Below are positions 36,036-48,631 of a DNA stretch of 64,000 bases, piece after piece (within the stretch, counting starts at the first letter, position 1; each line of letters opens with the position of its first letter). The position numbers and the translations under genes were made by a program. A model generated the notes under the pieces. The model had not been told where the DNA came from, made no database searches, and saw nothing but the letters and a program-made list of their open reading frames with translations. The DNA comes from Macrostomum hystrix. Lineage: Eukaryota > Animalia > Platyhelminthes. Location: the NCBI GenBank assembly GCA_950097015.1, contig CATNEN010000038.1:12400001-12464000 (forward strand), written 5' to 3'.

Positions 36036-37868
36036 ATGGCGCACAATAGCTACACCACAGTGCAAGCTAAGCGTATCGTTGCCGCATGTGCCTCCTGCAT
36101 TAGCGCACAACTAGCTGAAGAAATTCTACAAAGCGACAGAGCAGAATGTCTTGACTGCTTTGTCCTGCTGGTCGTCTGCTGCGCTGTCTTACCTCGATAC
36201 CTCGCAGTAGCTGATCGCAGAGAAAGCTTTGCCGACTCTCCGCTTGGAGCAGATGACTCTGCCTGGCTAGCAGATCAGGGCTTCTACTTGGCTGCGAATT
36301 TTGGAGAAATTTTCTGCTTCTTCTGCGGTTTCGCGCGGCAACTCAACCAAGGCCGCTTGAATCGCTGTGATCTTCAAGATCAGCACACAGAGGCCAGCCG
36401 CTACTGCCTGCTCACACTAATGGCCCGTTCCCGGACTGCCGAAGCCAGCCGGGCACTGCGGCGGGTGCTGAGCACTGCCAGGAGACGCCTAGCGCCTGCA
36501 GTCTTGGGACACTTTCGGTCCTCTGTGATGCTAGCGGCCAGAAGTGTTGGCTTTACTGATACACAGGTCAGACCCTTTTGACACCTTTTGACACCTTGGA
36601 CAGATATTATAGCTTGTGAGATTTTGTTGAAAATCGTTAAATGACTTGAGCATCAACTTATAATTTCGATAATTTTATATTCCAGGTACTGATTTATCTG
36701 ACAACATGGCTGCTAACTCACGGGAGAGCGCCCGATCGGCCATCGGATCTGCTCACCGTGATGCAGCAGGATTGGACTCTAGATTACGAGCTGGCTGGTG
36801 GACACGGCCGGCTGCAGATCTTTCCTGACAGCGCCGAGTTCGACCTGGCCCGTGCGGTGCAGAGCAACAGGTTCAACTCAGGGTTCAACGCAGCGGTTCC
36901 GAGTCACGTTCTGTGAGTAAAAAATTAAATGGCAGATTTCCTTCCGACGAATAACCTCGTTAATATCGCACGCGAGCGTATGATACGGAAAAGTTTTCGC
37001 CTTAGCTAACAAGCTTAGCTTTAGCATAAACAACTCAGCTAAACTTATAACTCAGGGACCAAAAGAAATAGTAGGACGGGAAACTACGTTTCTTATAAAA
37101 TTGTTTAGGAGGCTGGCCTTGCCAAAAAATACACTACGGAGATGTGAATTAGCTTCACTTTTAACTTTGAATGGCGAAATTATAAAATAAGAAATAAGTC
37201 CTAGGCAAAGGTCTAGGGTGTACTTCAAATATATTTATTATTAAATGTACTTAATCACTGATACGAGAATGGAAAAAAACAAAAATCATGTTTCCGAATG
37301 ATTTTATTGTTTTAAGGTGCGCAATGCATTTTTTCACACGGAAGAGCATGGCGAGAATATGAAATAAAGCATAATGGAATTTATGGTGTCACATAGAGTT
37401 TCACACAGTTTTCACATTAAACGTATAAAAAATAAAAAAACGTATAAATTGTGCTTTGCACAATGCGAGGTTCGATCTTCACTATGTTAATTGATGCTGA
37501 GTCATTATTTAAACCTTTTCAGGGGCCTTGGCAGTCGTCAGTTGACACCAGCTCGAGTTCCTCTAGCATGCTTCGATATGGACCGCATGTTTCTCATGCG
37601 CAATCGTTTTGGCCAAATCGACCCTGCCGCCATTGTGTCCGCAGAAGTCATTGATGGCGACTCGCACATTCCGGTGCCTCCCCCGCCAGCGCTGCTGCCG
37701 CTGCTGGATGGGCCGTTGTGTCTCGGCTGCAGGGAAAGCATTGCAGATTGTGTAGCCCTGCCATGCGGCCACTTTTGCCTGTGCAGTCTCTGCTGCCGTC
37801 GCGGGAGCTCCACCAGCTGCCCATTTGAAGGCTGCACCGCCGCCTCGGAATACTGGGCGCCAGTCTGA
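36036..37868 (+). CDS. Divergent inhibitor-of-apoptosis-like protein (single BIR + UBA-like + C-terminal RING), 3 exons, ~367 aa
   Basis: Exons 36036-36566, 36686-36912 and 37523-37868 (phases 0 and 2). BIR: RRESF...LADQGFY...CFFC...H......C. UBA-like: VMLAARSVGFTDTQV...SDLL. IAP-type RING: CLGC...ALPCGHFCLCSLC...CPFEGC. Confidence 0.8.
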
Positions 37869-40296
37869 CTGTACATGTAGGCAAACTATTGCGAAAAACA
37901 GCTTAAAGCTTGACAAAACAGCTTTTTTTTCATGTAACGCTTAAACAGTGGCTATACCTCCATCAAGTATTACCTTATTTTTTTCGAGCATGTACATAGA
38001 TTGGAAATATTTAAAGATTTATATTTCTATATATTTCTATTTCAATAGATTTCTATAGAAAGTTTTCTATTTAATTCTACTAGGGAAAAAATTAGCGTTT
38101 ACTATAATTACTCGTAATTCAAGAAAATTTGAGTCTAGATTCAACAAAATTCAGCATTCTTTCTTTTGGGTAGTGACTATAGAAACAGGCGAAATAAAAC
38201 ACTATGTTCACGTCACGCACACTTTTGAAAGCAAAGAAGCCATTTCGTCAGACTTCGTCAGGTCAGACACGCGATGCATTAGTATTTTTTGTAGTTTTTT
38301 GATAAATTAGCAAAATATTGTTGTCAGAAAGAAAGTTTGAACTTAGTTGCTATAGAATTTGCTGCGAATATAGCTCGCAATATTGAGGACTTAGGAAGTT
38401 AAAACATTAAGAAGGCAGAGTTAAATTTGGTGGCCCATTGAAGTCTAGAAGCTCAAATACAGGCCAAAATAATAAAGCATACTCCATGGACCTTTCTATA
38501 GCTTCCACTTTCTATCGTATCGCGCGATGCACTTTCTTAAGTCCGATAATCCGACACTTTTAATCTAATAGTAACAATTTTTTACTAAAAAGCCTAGTAA
38601 GGATGAAAAAAGTAACATAAATACAATATATACATTAATCATGTCATTTTTTTAGTACATAATCACTTTTAAATCTTGATTTTGATCAATTTTATTATTC
38701 ATAAAAAGTATACCGCGTTCATGTTATGTATTGTACTCGTACATTATTGTTCTGATTCTGATCTGAACACTCATGTCTACTGATCGATGATAATGTCATT
38801 TATGTTGATGATGCTTCTGTGACTGATTCCACCACTAGCACTCAAGACCAAAAATCAGCCAGTTGGCCCATGGGCAGAGTTGAAAACGTTTTTTTATTAA
38901 CAAAGACAATGATCGAGCGTGCTACTACAATGTAACAATATAATAATCATATTTCGCCCATTTAATCTTCTTCTCTGGTCAGCCACGTCTCACTAAAGTC
39001 TTTAGTACTTAAAAAAGTAGCTTCATTTTTGGCTTGATTTTTTGTCAGATTAATCGTTTGATCGTTTCTGATCTGTGAACGTAATATGGTAATAAAGTTT
39101 TTCTCTTTGTTGTCTAAGACAGCGACATAGATTCCTTGTATAGACAGATAGAGAGTTTTTTGAAGGTCTGATCACGTTAATAGGTCCGTTTTGGGTGATG
39201 GTATGAAGGTAAGTCCAAGTGTCTGGTCGCCATTTAGAAAAAATCCAGAGTTCAGGTGTCCGGACATTATTCTGAATGCCTTTAAACGACAATCAGAGAA
39301 TTTTGGTATAGTCCAAATGAGTCGAAGTTGACTTACGCCAGATGTGGTTAAGATTAGTAGAGCATTTTGTTCAAGTTATTTCCAAGGAGCGGACAAAATG
39401 GAAAGAGGTAGATTAGATCTAACCATCGCGATCTGGTCATAGGTGGTATCCAGTATGCAGGTATTTGTAGTGTAATTGCAGTGATTGACTGGAAATGATA
39501 AAGACTCCATCAAACCATGTGGTTGGGCATAGGCCAGGATGTCCTGTATTATTGTAGTAAGCGTTGTCTCGAATGGGCGAGACATTCGGTCATCATGGCC
39601 TCACCAATGTCTGAACAACCATGGTTGTTCGGTGCCTGTGCCCATAGCGCGGCCATTGTGTCGGTGAGATTTCGCATAGCTGCTGCGGCTTCTTCCATTT
39701 TTTAACGTGAGTGTTTTGATCTTCGTTGTCTTCTGAGTCTGTCACCTAATCAGGAGTTTCTGGTTCTTCGTGTATTTCGTTGTCACTATCGACGAATTCG
39801 TGTCGCTGGTCTTGTAGTGTACTGTCTCTGTACGACGATAAGTCTCCAAAAGTGGCAGAAGTTGAGGTGCCTGTAACGGTTCTACTGTGAGGCGTGAATG
39901 AGGCAGAGGGGTCTATGTGTTCTGGAGTGTCCTCAACTATTCAGGATATATGGACTGGTTTGGTATCTGAGACTGTTGAAGCTCCTCCAAGTTCAATAAT
40001 TGAAAATGTTTTCCAGATCGAGTAGAACCAGGCAAGAAATTCCTGTATTTTCTAATTGAATTGAAAATACTGAATGCTGGATTCCAATATTGAATTGGAA
40101 TCGAGCTTCCGATAAGGCTTAGTGAAATTTGACAATGAAGAGAGTATAGTTTACTGAACTGCGAGTAGTAAGAAAAGGGTTTTCGCAATAGGCAACGGCT
40201 TTCAGGATCGTGGTCCGGAGCTCTGGCAGTTTTTGGGTTTTCAAAGTGTTCTCTGTAGGAGCTGATACGATTTCGAAATCGTATTATCCACGAGAA

Positions 40297-42577
40297 GACT
40301 GATGGTAAGCAGTGCTTACCAAGGCCTAATTTTACTTCCTGCCGGCTTGAGTAGATAGAATTCTATGGTTAAATTGATATTATCGGTTCCTGCCTGCAGT
40401 GGTAAGCACAGCTTACCGTGAATATTCTAGATTTTTTTCTGACAAGCATAAATTTTAATTTGTACATTCTTAATTATGTGTTGTTTGTACATCTCCTTTA
40501 TAGCTTTTAGTTCAAACATTCTATTTTATTCAAGAAGGCTCTGATAAATTTGAATTCCAATATCTTAACTTTCTCGTAGTATTGTAAAAATAACTAAAGA
40601 ACAAAGAAGAGCATCGAAACAGCCGATACATCTGTCCAATCTAACTTACCAGCGCATACAGAGGGTACGACTGGTACACTATGCAGAAACTATAACTAGC
40701 AAAACTAGAATAAATAAATAATAGTCATTAACAAATTTAAGCTAAAGACAAGAGGCAAAACTGAAAACTTAAGTCAGTTTGAGTGTTAAGCTGGTCCATT
40801 CTGTCGATACTTCAACGCTGCGAATGCCAACGTTGGAAGCAATCGAACAAACAAAGTCCCGGGCATCCTGGACATCGGCTGCAGAAATAAATTGTGCGCC
40901 GGGACCTGGCAGAACTGTAGCAAATTCTGCACCTTTTCGTAGGTCTGGGCTGGGCAGGACGACCTGGGATTTTCTCCGGAAAATGCTGCTCAACGACTGC
41001 AACTGAGCGCAGCATGGAAGCCGGTCGCTTCCTGCCATTTCCAGTTCGCTCTACTAACTCGCGGATGCTGGCTTCGAGATATTTGATGAAGGTATTCTGG
41101 CCACCACACTTGGAGTACAGAACCCAAGCGTTGCGCACCATTTGAAGGCACATATGCAAGCCCAGCTTGTGGAACCATTTTGTTGTTTTTCTGCCGGCGT
41201 CATAAGGCTGCAGTCTAGCTTGTCCACACCACCCATGCAGCGATTGTAAGTTAAGACACTGCGGCTCTTCTGCACTGCCACATGTTGTCCAGCTCGATTG
41301 ATCTTGACTTTCTCGGCCTTTGACGCAACGTCCTTCGTGTCCAGCAAATACACGGTCTTGACTCCACTCTGCTTCCTCTCGACAGCCTTCACAATTAGAA
41401 CTCGTCCCTTCCTCACGAAAGCTACATTATTCGGAACCACCACAGCCTGCCGAAGCTGAGCCGGAACTCCTCGGTCTGGCCTCACGGTGCCCGTCAGGAA
41501 CGTTGAATGGTCAATAAGGAACTGGGATAACCTGTATGATGTAAACCAGGTGTCGGTAAATATTCTGTACCCTTGGTCCAGAATGTCATTGGCCAGCTCA
41601 GCTACGATTCGCTCGCTGAGAGAAAGATTTACACAGTCCTGTGTGGAGCCGAACTTCCGATTTTCTTCTGGAGTTGAGTGCACTATGAAATTGAAGAGAT
41701 AAGCAGACTTGGACTCACACAGACAGTACATCTTCATTCCGGACTTGGCCCGCTTTGTTGGAATGTACTGTTTAAAACGAAGTCGCCCCTTAAACAGTAT
41801 CAAGGACTCGTCAATGCTCACTTCACACTCAGGCCTGTAGTTGTTCTTGCAATAAGCTTGCAGCATATTCATAAATGGACGAATCTTGAGTAGTGGATCT
41901 GCGCTTGCTTCTTCCCTGCTGTCGTAGAAGCGCAGAAATGTCAGCAGCTGCTTGAATCTATCGCGAGCTAACGCCTCGGGCTTCTGAAAGTATGGCATGC
42001 AGTGAAATTCATCTGTGCTCCAGTAGTCATGTAGCTCGGACTTTTTGTTCAGGCCCATGTTCTTCAGCCGCTTCGCCATCTGCGAACTCCTGTCCTTCCT
42101 CGCCTTCAGGCTCTTCCATGATTGGAGGATCGCCATTCAGTGCGTCTTCGATGCCAACCTCCTCACCAGGCTCCTCGTCTATTGTTAAGTAGGAGTCGAG
42201 GCTCACTTCACTGTCTGAGGTCATGTATTCGATCCCAGAGAGAGAAGCCATGTACTGCAGGTTTTCAGTGAGTACGCTCGTACTGAGAAATTTAGTGAGA
42301 AAAGACTAACAAACAAGATGGTCAGAATATTATTGTAAGAAAGCTTGTCCTACTGTAAAGGGGACTTGCTGCGCACAGATTTCTATGGTAAGCAGCGCAT
42401 ACCAAGCAGGCAGCAAGTGAGACTGCTTTACTGGCTAAAGGCAGTAGTGCTGCTCATTTCCTTCCCGTCTAGTGCATCAGTTTAAGCCATGCTTGATTAG
42501 TAAGCCTAGCCGGCAGGAATGGGAGTGACATGCTATGCCAGAAAATATCTATGGTAAGCACTGCTTACCAAGCAGTC
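40297..42577 (-). mobile_element. piggyBac-like (PGBD4-type) DNA transposon, defective
   Basis: Transposase remnant flanked by imperfect inverted ends gactga-tggtaagcagtgcttacca / tggtaagcactgcttacca-agcagtc, plus internal copies of the palindrome. No TTAA at these ends. Confidence 0.8.
40812..42251 (-). pseudogene. piggyBac transposase (DDE_Tnp_1_7-type with C-terminal Cys-rich domain), frameshifted and internally deleted
   Basis: Acidic N-terminus, MGL...YWST, IDESLILFKGRLRFKQYIPTK, DTWFTS, GTVR, YNRCMGGVDKLD, and CRD RCRIC...YFCSRC..GLC..CFQRWH. Frame breaks near 42060 and 41205. Confidence 0.9.
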
Positions 42578-43342
42578 GGAAACAGACAAATGATGGATTC
42601 TGGTTAGGCAGGAAGAGGTCTGAGTCTGAGGGCTGAGGGCTGAGTCTGATTGAATGCGAAAGTTTGAGTCCGAGATGCTTTCTGAGCTGTCAGAAAGCAT
42701 ATTTTTGGATGCATTTATAGATGTATATAACTCATCATGGCGAATTAAATCGTTTAACGAATAGATACCACGTGGTTTTAGAGTCAGGCAAAGAATGCTA
42801 AGCGTAGTGGCCAGAAGAGACTTCAGAGTCTTTAGAATATTAAATCTTTTTAACGCTTTTTAAAGTGTAAGTAAAGAGTTTTTTATTTCGCTTTTCATAA
42901 GATCATGCTATTTTTTTGTTTTCTGATTTTGTAGAGAAAAAGACAAGCAGTACTTTAATATATTTTTTACGAGCTATTTTCAAGTTTTGTATTTTTTATT
43001 ATTTTTATTAACTTTGATGATGGTACAAGCTCGTAGTATGACAAAGCATATACAGTTTGTAAAAGACAGTAAGAAATATTTACAAAGAGAAGGAGATCAA
43101 AAGCAGAAGTAATTGAGACGATGTGTGTGGTGCGAATAATTATTTAAAAAATTGTCAATAGATTGTATTACATTATGTGATATCTGTGCGTTCGGAGGAT
43201 GAGGAAATATTTGCAGGAGGGAAGTTTAAACATTTACTTAAACGGCATGTATATAGAGCGAGGTGAATAAATAGTGATGTATTTTGTGATTTTATAGAAT
43301 TTTGTAGCTATTTTTGTATATTTTGCGTTAGATGTGGTTGAA

Positions 43343-44260
43343 TTAGAAGGAGATATTCAAGAAAATGTGATGTTGATAAAGAGGCTGTCGTGCAGTGTTG
43401 ATGGCATTCTGCGCCTGTACGTGTACCGAGTATTTGACAAAAGCGCAGCCCCTGCTGTTGCCGTGCTGGTCGCGCAGTACTGTGCACTCCTTGATGTCGC
43501 CGAATGGCTGGAACATTTTGCGCGAATCAGACTCGGACTGCAGCTTGGACAGCATGCCGATGAACAGCTTGCAATCGTCTGGTACTAAAAATTGATGGGG
43601 CAATGTTGGAATGACATGAGATTTAAACTACATTGTGAAATTCATAAGGATATTGACATCCAGGGTATCGATAACAACAACTAAGGCAAGTAGTATTCGG
43701 TATTTTTAACTAAAGGTCACTGATAACTTATAGAATGTTAGAGAGCAAATTTAGAATGACCTACAATTAGTAGGCATTAGAAACAGTTTAAAAAGCACAT
43801 GCTAATCTAAATCTCTAATCTAAAGCACATCATAAAAAATATTGACTAATAACTATTTACTAAATACTAATTTGGTAACTTTACTTCAAATTCAAAGCTT
43901 CTTTAAAGAAGTGCAAACAGGCAGCCTAGATTAAAATCTAATCTAAAAGCAGTTCCCAGAGCGGTGCTGCGATTGTAAGCAAATCAGACTTTACTCACCT
44001 TCATGTCCCGGCACAGTGGCCAGTTGATGCTGAATTAGCTTTACCTTGTCGGAGCAGCTGTTCAATCGAGAACTGCCTAATTTGCTGCTACTAGGAGCAA
44101 AGCTATCGCTAATGCTATCGGAGTAAGATAGGGTATGTTGTGGCTTGATATTTTCTATGGGAGAAATCAGCAAATGATGATGCTGCTGCTGCAAGTGCTG
44201 ATAATACAATGCCTGCTGATGCCGTTGCTCGTTCTGGTGAGAGCTACAGTCTACTATCAT
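43343..44260 (-). pseudogene. Truncated CELF/Bruno-like RNA-binding protein gene (one RRM)
   Basis: Exon 44260-43999 (Q/H-rich) splices in phase 1 to an exon starting at 43584: [50 protein letters not shown]...AQNAIN, matching CELF RRM2. The expected LH..S continuation lies in another frame and similarity stops at ~43378. Confidence 0.72.
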
Positions 44261-44995
44261 TTTCTCTTCCTGAGAACTTAAAATGCAACTTAAAACAATC
44301 TTTTTCTGTTTGTGAGATAATTGCTATTGCTTCAGTATTAAGATTATATAGGCTAGAGTGGGTGGGAATTGGGGCTCCGATTCAGTTTCAGGTTTGGGGT
44401 GGGTGCTCTGCCCTCAAAGTTTATGGTTGGCTGGCCAGGGTCGTCGCTTATTGTTAGATGGGGTTGTTGGTCAGCCTGTTTTAACCAATTAAATTTTAGA
44501 GAGAATTTCTAAGCCCAATTCCCGGCCCTGGCCTGGCCCAGACTGGGGACTGTGAAATTATTTTGAAAAGCGAAAACACGTGCAGCTCAGATTAGTCAGT
44601 CAGACAGACGAGTGAGGTGATGGACAAGTCAAAACAAGCTAGCCAAAAACATCTACTAGAGACTTCTGCTCTTGGATGAACTTTCTTGAGGGCTGGCTGG
44701 GGTGTCCCACAAGAAAACACAACCAAGTTCTCTCATCTAAAGCTTTTTTACTTTAGAAGTTGAAACAAATTAATCAAGACTCACGACAAAGAAGCAAGAT
44801 TCTGATGGTAGAATGTTAAATTTAAATAGACTTTTAAACCAACTGTTGTATAATACAGGACTCTGTTTAAATGAGGTTCTAATAAAATTACCAATTTGAT
44901 TAAAAAAACACTTACACTCTTAGCAAAATTATGATTTTATTTATTCACTCAGATTAACTACGTTACATTTCATTCACTAGTTAATCTGTTACTCC

Positions 44996-45545
44996 ACTGT
45001 CTCATCTCTCCCCTTTCTTATCTCTCCCCTGTCTCATCTCTCCCGTCTCATCTCTCAACTGTCTAACCTCTCCCGTGTCTCATCTCTCCCGTCTTATCTC
45101 TCAACTGTCTCACCTCTCCCCAGTCTCATCTCTCCCATGGCCCTGTCCAATCTCTCCCGTGTCTCAGCTCTCCCCTGTCTCACCTCTCCCGTGTCTCATC
45201 TCTCCCCTGTCTCATCTCTCCCGTGTCTTATCTCTCCCCTGTCTCACCTCTCCCCTGTCTCATCTCTCCCGTGTCTTATCTCTCCCCTGTCTCACCTCTC
45301 CCCTGTCTCATCTCTCCCCTGTCTTATCTCTCCCCTGTCTCACCTCTCCCGTGTGTCACCTCTCCCCTGCCTCACCTCTCCCGTCTCACCTCTCCCGTGT
45401 CTCATCTCTCCCGTTTCTCATCTCTCCCCAGTCTTATCTCTCCCCTGTCTCATCTCTCCCCTGTCTCACCTCTCCCCTATCTTATCTCTCCAGTCTCATC
45501 TCTCCCACGGCCCTGTCTCATCTCTCCCCTGTCTCGTATCTGCCC
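44996..45545. repeat. 16-bp pyrimidine-rich minisatellite (tctcatctctcccctg)n
   Basis: Visible array; reverse complement of the repeat family in GFM1 introns 1 and 4. Confidence 0.93.
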
Positions 45546-46370
45546 TGGGCCTCGGGCTTTGATATTTGCTGTATAAATACCATCAAAGCCATCAAACTCA
45601 TTTTAATTTGACCAACGGTTTTACAGTAGCTTGGCAATTCCAAAGTCCAATTCCACTGGAATATGCATTCAAACCTAACAACCTATAGTCACAGTGGGTC
45701 ACAATTTTGGTTCGAACATGAAGTCTATATTGACACATACCATTGCCATTTTGAACACGGACTATTTTTTATTTAAAATTTTCTTTTAGCGCCACACCCT
45801 GAAATTTCTTCGAGATTGACTTAATCTCACCTAATCTAAAGCTTCTAATCTAAAGCCTTAGCCTTAGCAACTAGCAATGTAAGTCGTTGACAATTCTAGA
45901 AATTAGCGCAATTATCCCACAGGCCGCCAAAGTCAAACCCCGAGTCGCACATTTTGGCACGTTGACGAAATTTGACCAATTTTTGGTGAGGCGAAAAATG
46001 TATGTTAATTGCGTAACACAGCCGAAACTGACACATATGGATAATAATAAGAGCTAGATTTAAGAAATTTGCATATTATTATCGGTAAGCCTCAATGTTG
46101 ATGATGCAACTTGCCCAAGGCACTATAGTCCTATTGTTACCTGCGACTGTGTTGCGTAACTTAACAATGAACAATGAACTTTGCCCCCATTTGTAAATTG
46201 CAAGGAGGGGACGGTACAATGGGTTCTTTGTACGAACGAATTCGAATTCAAGAACGAATTCGATCTATTAAATTGGCTTTGTCAGAAATAAAGATAAACA
46301 ATTTTATGATTAGGTGTCGAAATTTGCTCTCTACCCCTTTCTCACCCTTTCCCCTTCCCATTCAGTTTTC

Positions 46371-46746
46371 CCCTTCTCAAACTGTCTATTCCCTTCTCAC
46401 ACTGTCTTATCACTTCTCAAAAGGTCTATTCCCTTCTCACACTGTCTCTTCCCTTCTCAAACTGTCTATTCCCTTCTCACACTGTCTCTTCCCTTCTCAA
46501 ACTGTCTCTCCCCTTCTCAAACTGTCTCTTCCGTTCTCAAACTGTCTCTTCCGTTCTCAAACTGTCTCTTCCGTTCTCAAACTGTCTCTCCCCTTCTCAA
46601 ACTGTCTCTTCCCTTCTCAAACTGTCTCTCCCCTTCTCACATTGTCTCTTCCCTTCTCAAACTGTCTCTCCCCTTCTCAAACTGTCTCTTCCCTTCTCAA
46701 ACTGTCTCTCCCCTTCTCAAACTGTCTCTGCCCTTCTCAAACTCTC
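46371..46746. repeat. 20-bp minisatellite (cccttctcaaactgtctctt)n
   Basis: About 18 visible units. Confidence 0.95.
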
Positions 46747-47046
46747 TTAAGTGTTTCTTTTGCTCTCCAGCCCAAAGCCAGCATTCACCTGCTAACAAGA
46801 AGGCTAGGTGTATCGGAGGAAATCTCACCTAGCTTACTCATATCTTCTCAGGCTTGAGCCTGGGGCTTTTTTGCTCCCGGAAGCATCAAAGGGCCTTCTT
46901 AGCTGCTGCCTTACTTAGTCGGCAATGTGAGTTCGCATTTATGCCTGACTGGGTCGCATCATATCGTAAATGGAGTGTTTTCGAAATGAAAATCAAGTAA
47001 TTAAAGATATAGCTTCGAATATTTAAACCAGTATTTGTATTGTATC

Positions 47047-47247
47047 TCCCTAACCCCTTCTCAGATTCTTATCCTAATCCCTTCTCAGGTTCTTATCCTA
47101 ATCCCTTCTCAGGTTCTTTTCCTAATCCCTTCTCAGGTTCTTTTCCTAATCCCTTGTCAGATTTTCTCCCTAATCTCTTCTCACATTCACTCTCCAATCC
47201 ATTCTCAGATTCTCTCCCTAATCCCTTCTCAGATTCTTATCCTAATC
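47047..47247. repeat. 24-bp minisatellite (cctaatcccttctcaggttcttat)n
   Basis: About 8 visible units; shares the cccttctca core with the 20-bp array. Confidence 0.9.
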
Positions 47248-47635
47248 AGGCGGATAGCTCAGTCAGTAAGGTGTCGGACTCTGGATCAGATGGTCCTGGG
47301 TTCGTCTCCCGACCTAGTCTAGAACTATTCGTGCAGCCTTTGGCAAGCTGCTTTGCCCTGATGTGCTCAGCTCAGTCTACTCAGCTGCAAATGAGTACCG
47401 AAATTTCGTCGGGTAGTAATAATTCCGGCTGGCGTGGAATAAAGCAGTTCTGTGCGGCAATTCTGTGGGGTTTGGATGCTGCCGATATGTTTGGAAAAAT
47501 AAATTTCATTGCTTACACGCGGCTGTCAAACTGGTGTCCGAGAGTGCCGGGGAGTACATTAGGTGTGCAGTCCCCACCTGCTAGTGTGCTTGACACACAA
47601 CACCTGCACTGGCCCTTGGGTCTAGTGTCAAATTA
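47248..47635 (+). mobile_element. tRNA-derived SINE with a family-A-related central domain
   Basis: ggcggatagctcagtcagtaagg...ggtcctgggttcgtctccc head; cctttggcaagctgc...ctcagtctactcagctgcaaatgagtacc central domain; AT-rich tail. Confidence 0.7.
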
Positions 47636-47675
47636 ATATTATTATATACTTTGGGAAGAGTGAGAAAAATGGGAG

Positions 47676-47856
47676 ATCCCAAACCAGTTAGACTGATCCC
47701 AAACGACTGATCCCAAACCGGTTAGACTGATCCCAAATCAGTTAGACTGATCCCAAATCAGTTAGACTGATCCCAAATCAGTTAGACTGATCCCAAACCT
47801 TTTAGACAGAACCCAAATATGGAAAGTTGGTGCCTAACCCGTTAGACTGATCCCAA
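47676..47856. repeat. 20-bp minisatellite (gactgatcccaaatcagtta)n
   Basis: About 7 visible units plus one displaced unit. Confidence 0.9.
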
Positions 47857-48080
47857 ATGGAAGAATGGGAGAATGGAAGAATGGGAGAATGGGAGAATGG
47901 TAGAATGAGATAATGGGAGAATTGGAGAATGGAAGAATGAGAGAATGGGAGAATGGGAGAATGGGAGAATGGGAGAATGGAAGAATGAGAGAATGTGAGA
48001 ATGTGAGAATGGGAGAATGGGAGAATAGAAGAATGGGAGAATAGAAGAATGGAAGAATGGGAGAGTGGGAAAATGGAAAA
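47857..48080. repeat. 8-bp satellite (atgggaga)n
   Basis: Visible array. Confidence 0.93.
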
Positions 48081-48631
48081 TTGAAGTCCTGCTCTCAATC
48101 AGATTATATTTAAATGGCCTTAAAGTAAACTATCTCAAAGATGGTTTACTCACGGATCCTTTCGTTGGTGATCAACGGGGAGAAAATGGTTTCAAATTAG
48201 AGATCTGATAGAATTTTATAGGAATTCTAATTTCAATGGAGTTTGTCTTATTCGTTCACTAAGATGTAGTCGGAGATTTAGAGCTGGCCGGGGATGGCAA
48301 TGGCTAGCAAAGGAGAATGAAACGTTTAGGAGAGGCTAGCAGAGGCTGGCCAAGATTAGGAAAAGTTGGGGAAACACTTGCTCGCAGTGCAAGAGCTTTT
48401 ATGTTATTTTGACTAAATACTTTTGCGAGTCTTTACAGTGTTTCAAGAATTAGAAATGTGTTCAAGATATAAAAGGAGTGCCTTGTGAAAGGAGTATATT
48501 GTGTTATTCATTTTATAAAAGAGGAAAATACTGAGAAATATACTGAGAACTATACTAAGAACCATACTAATACTCAGATTTTTACCAAGAATATTACCAA
48601 GAAGGAACTGCTAAACTCTAATCTAGGGGAC

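Noticed and set aside
330-47635. tRNA-like sequences (330, 16403, 30330, 47248) as tRNA genes
   Set aside because: No complete cloverleaf; they continue into, or lie close to, SINE body sequence.
45075-48098. Ser/Leu/Pro-rich ORFs of 100-227 aa
   Set aside because: Artefacts of the 16-, 20-, 24- and 8-bp arrays.
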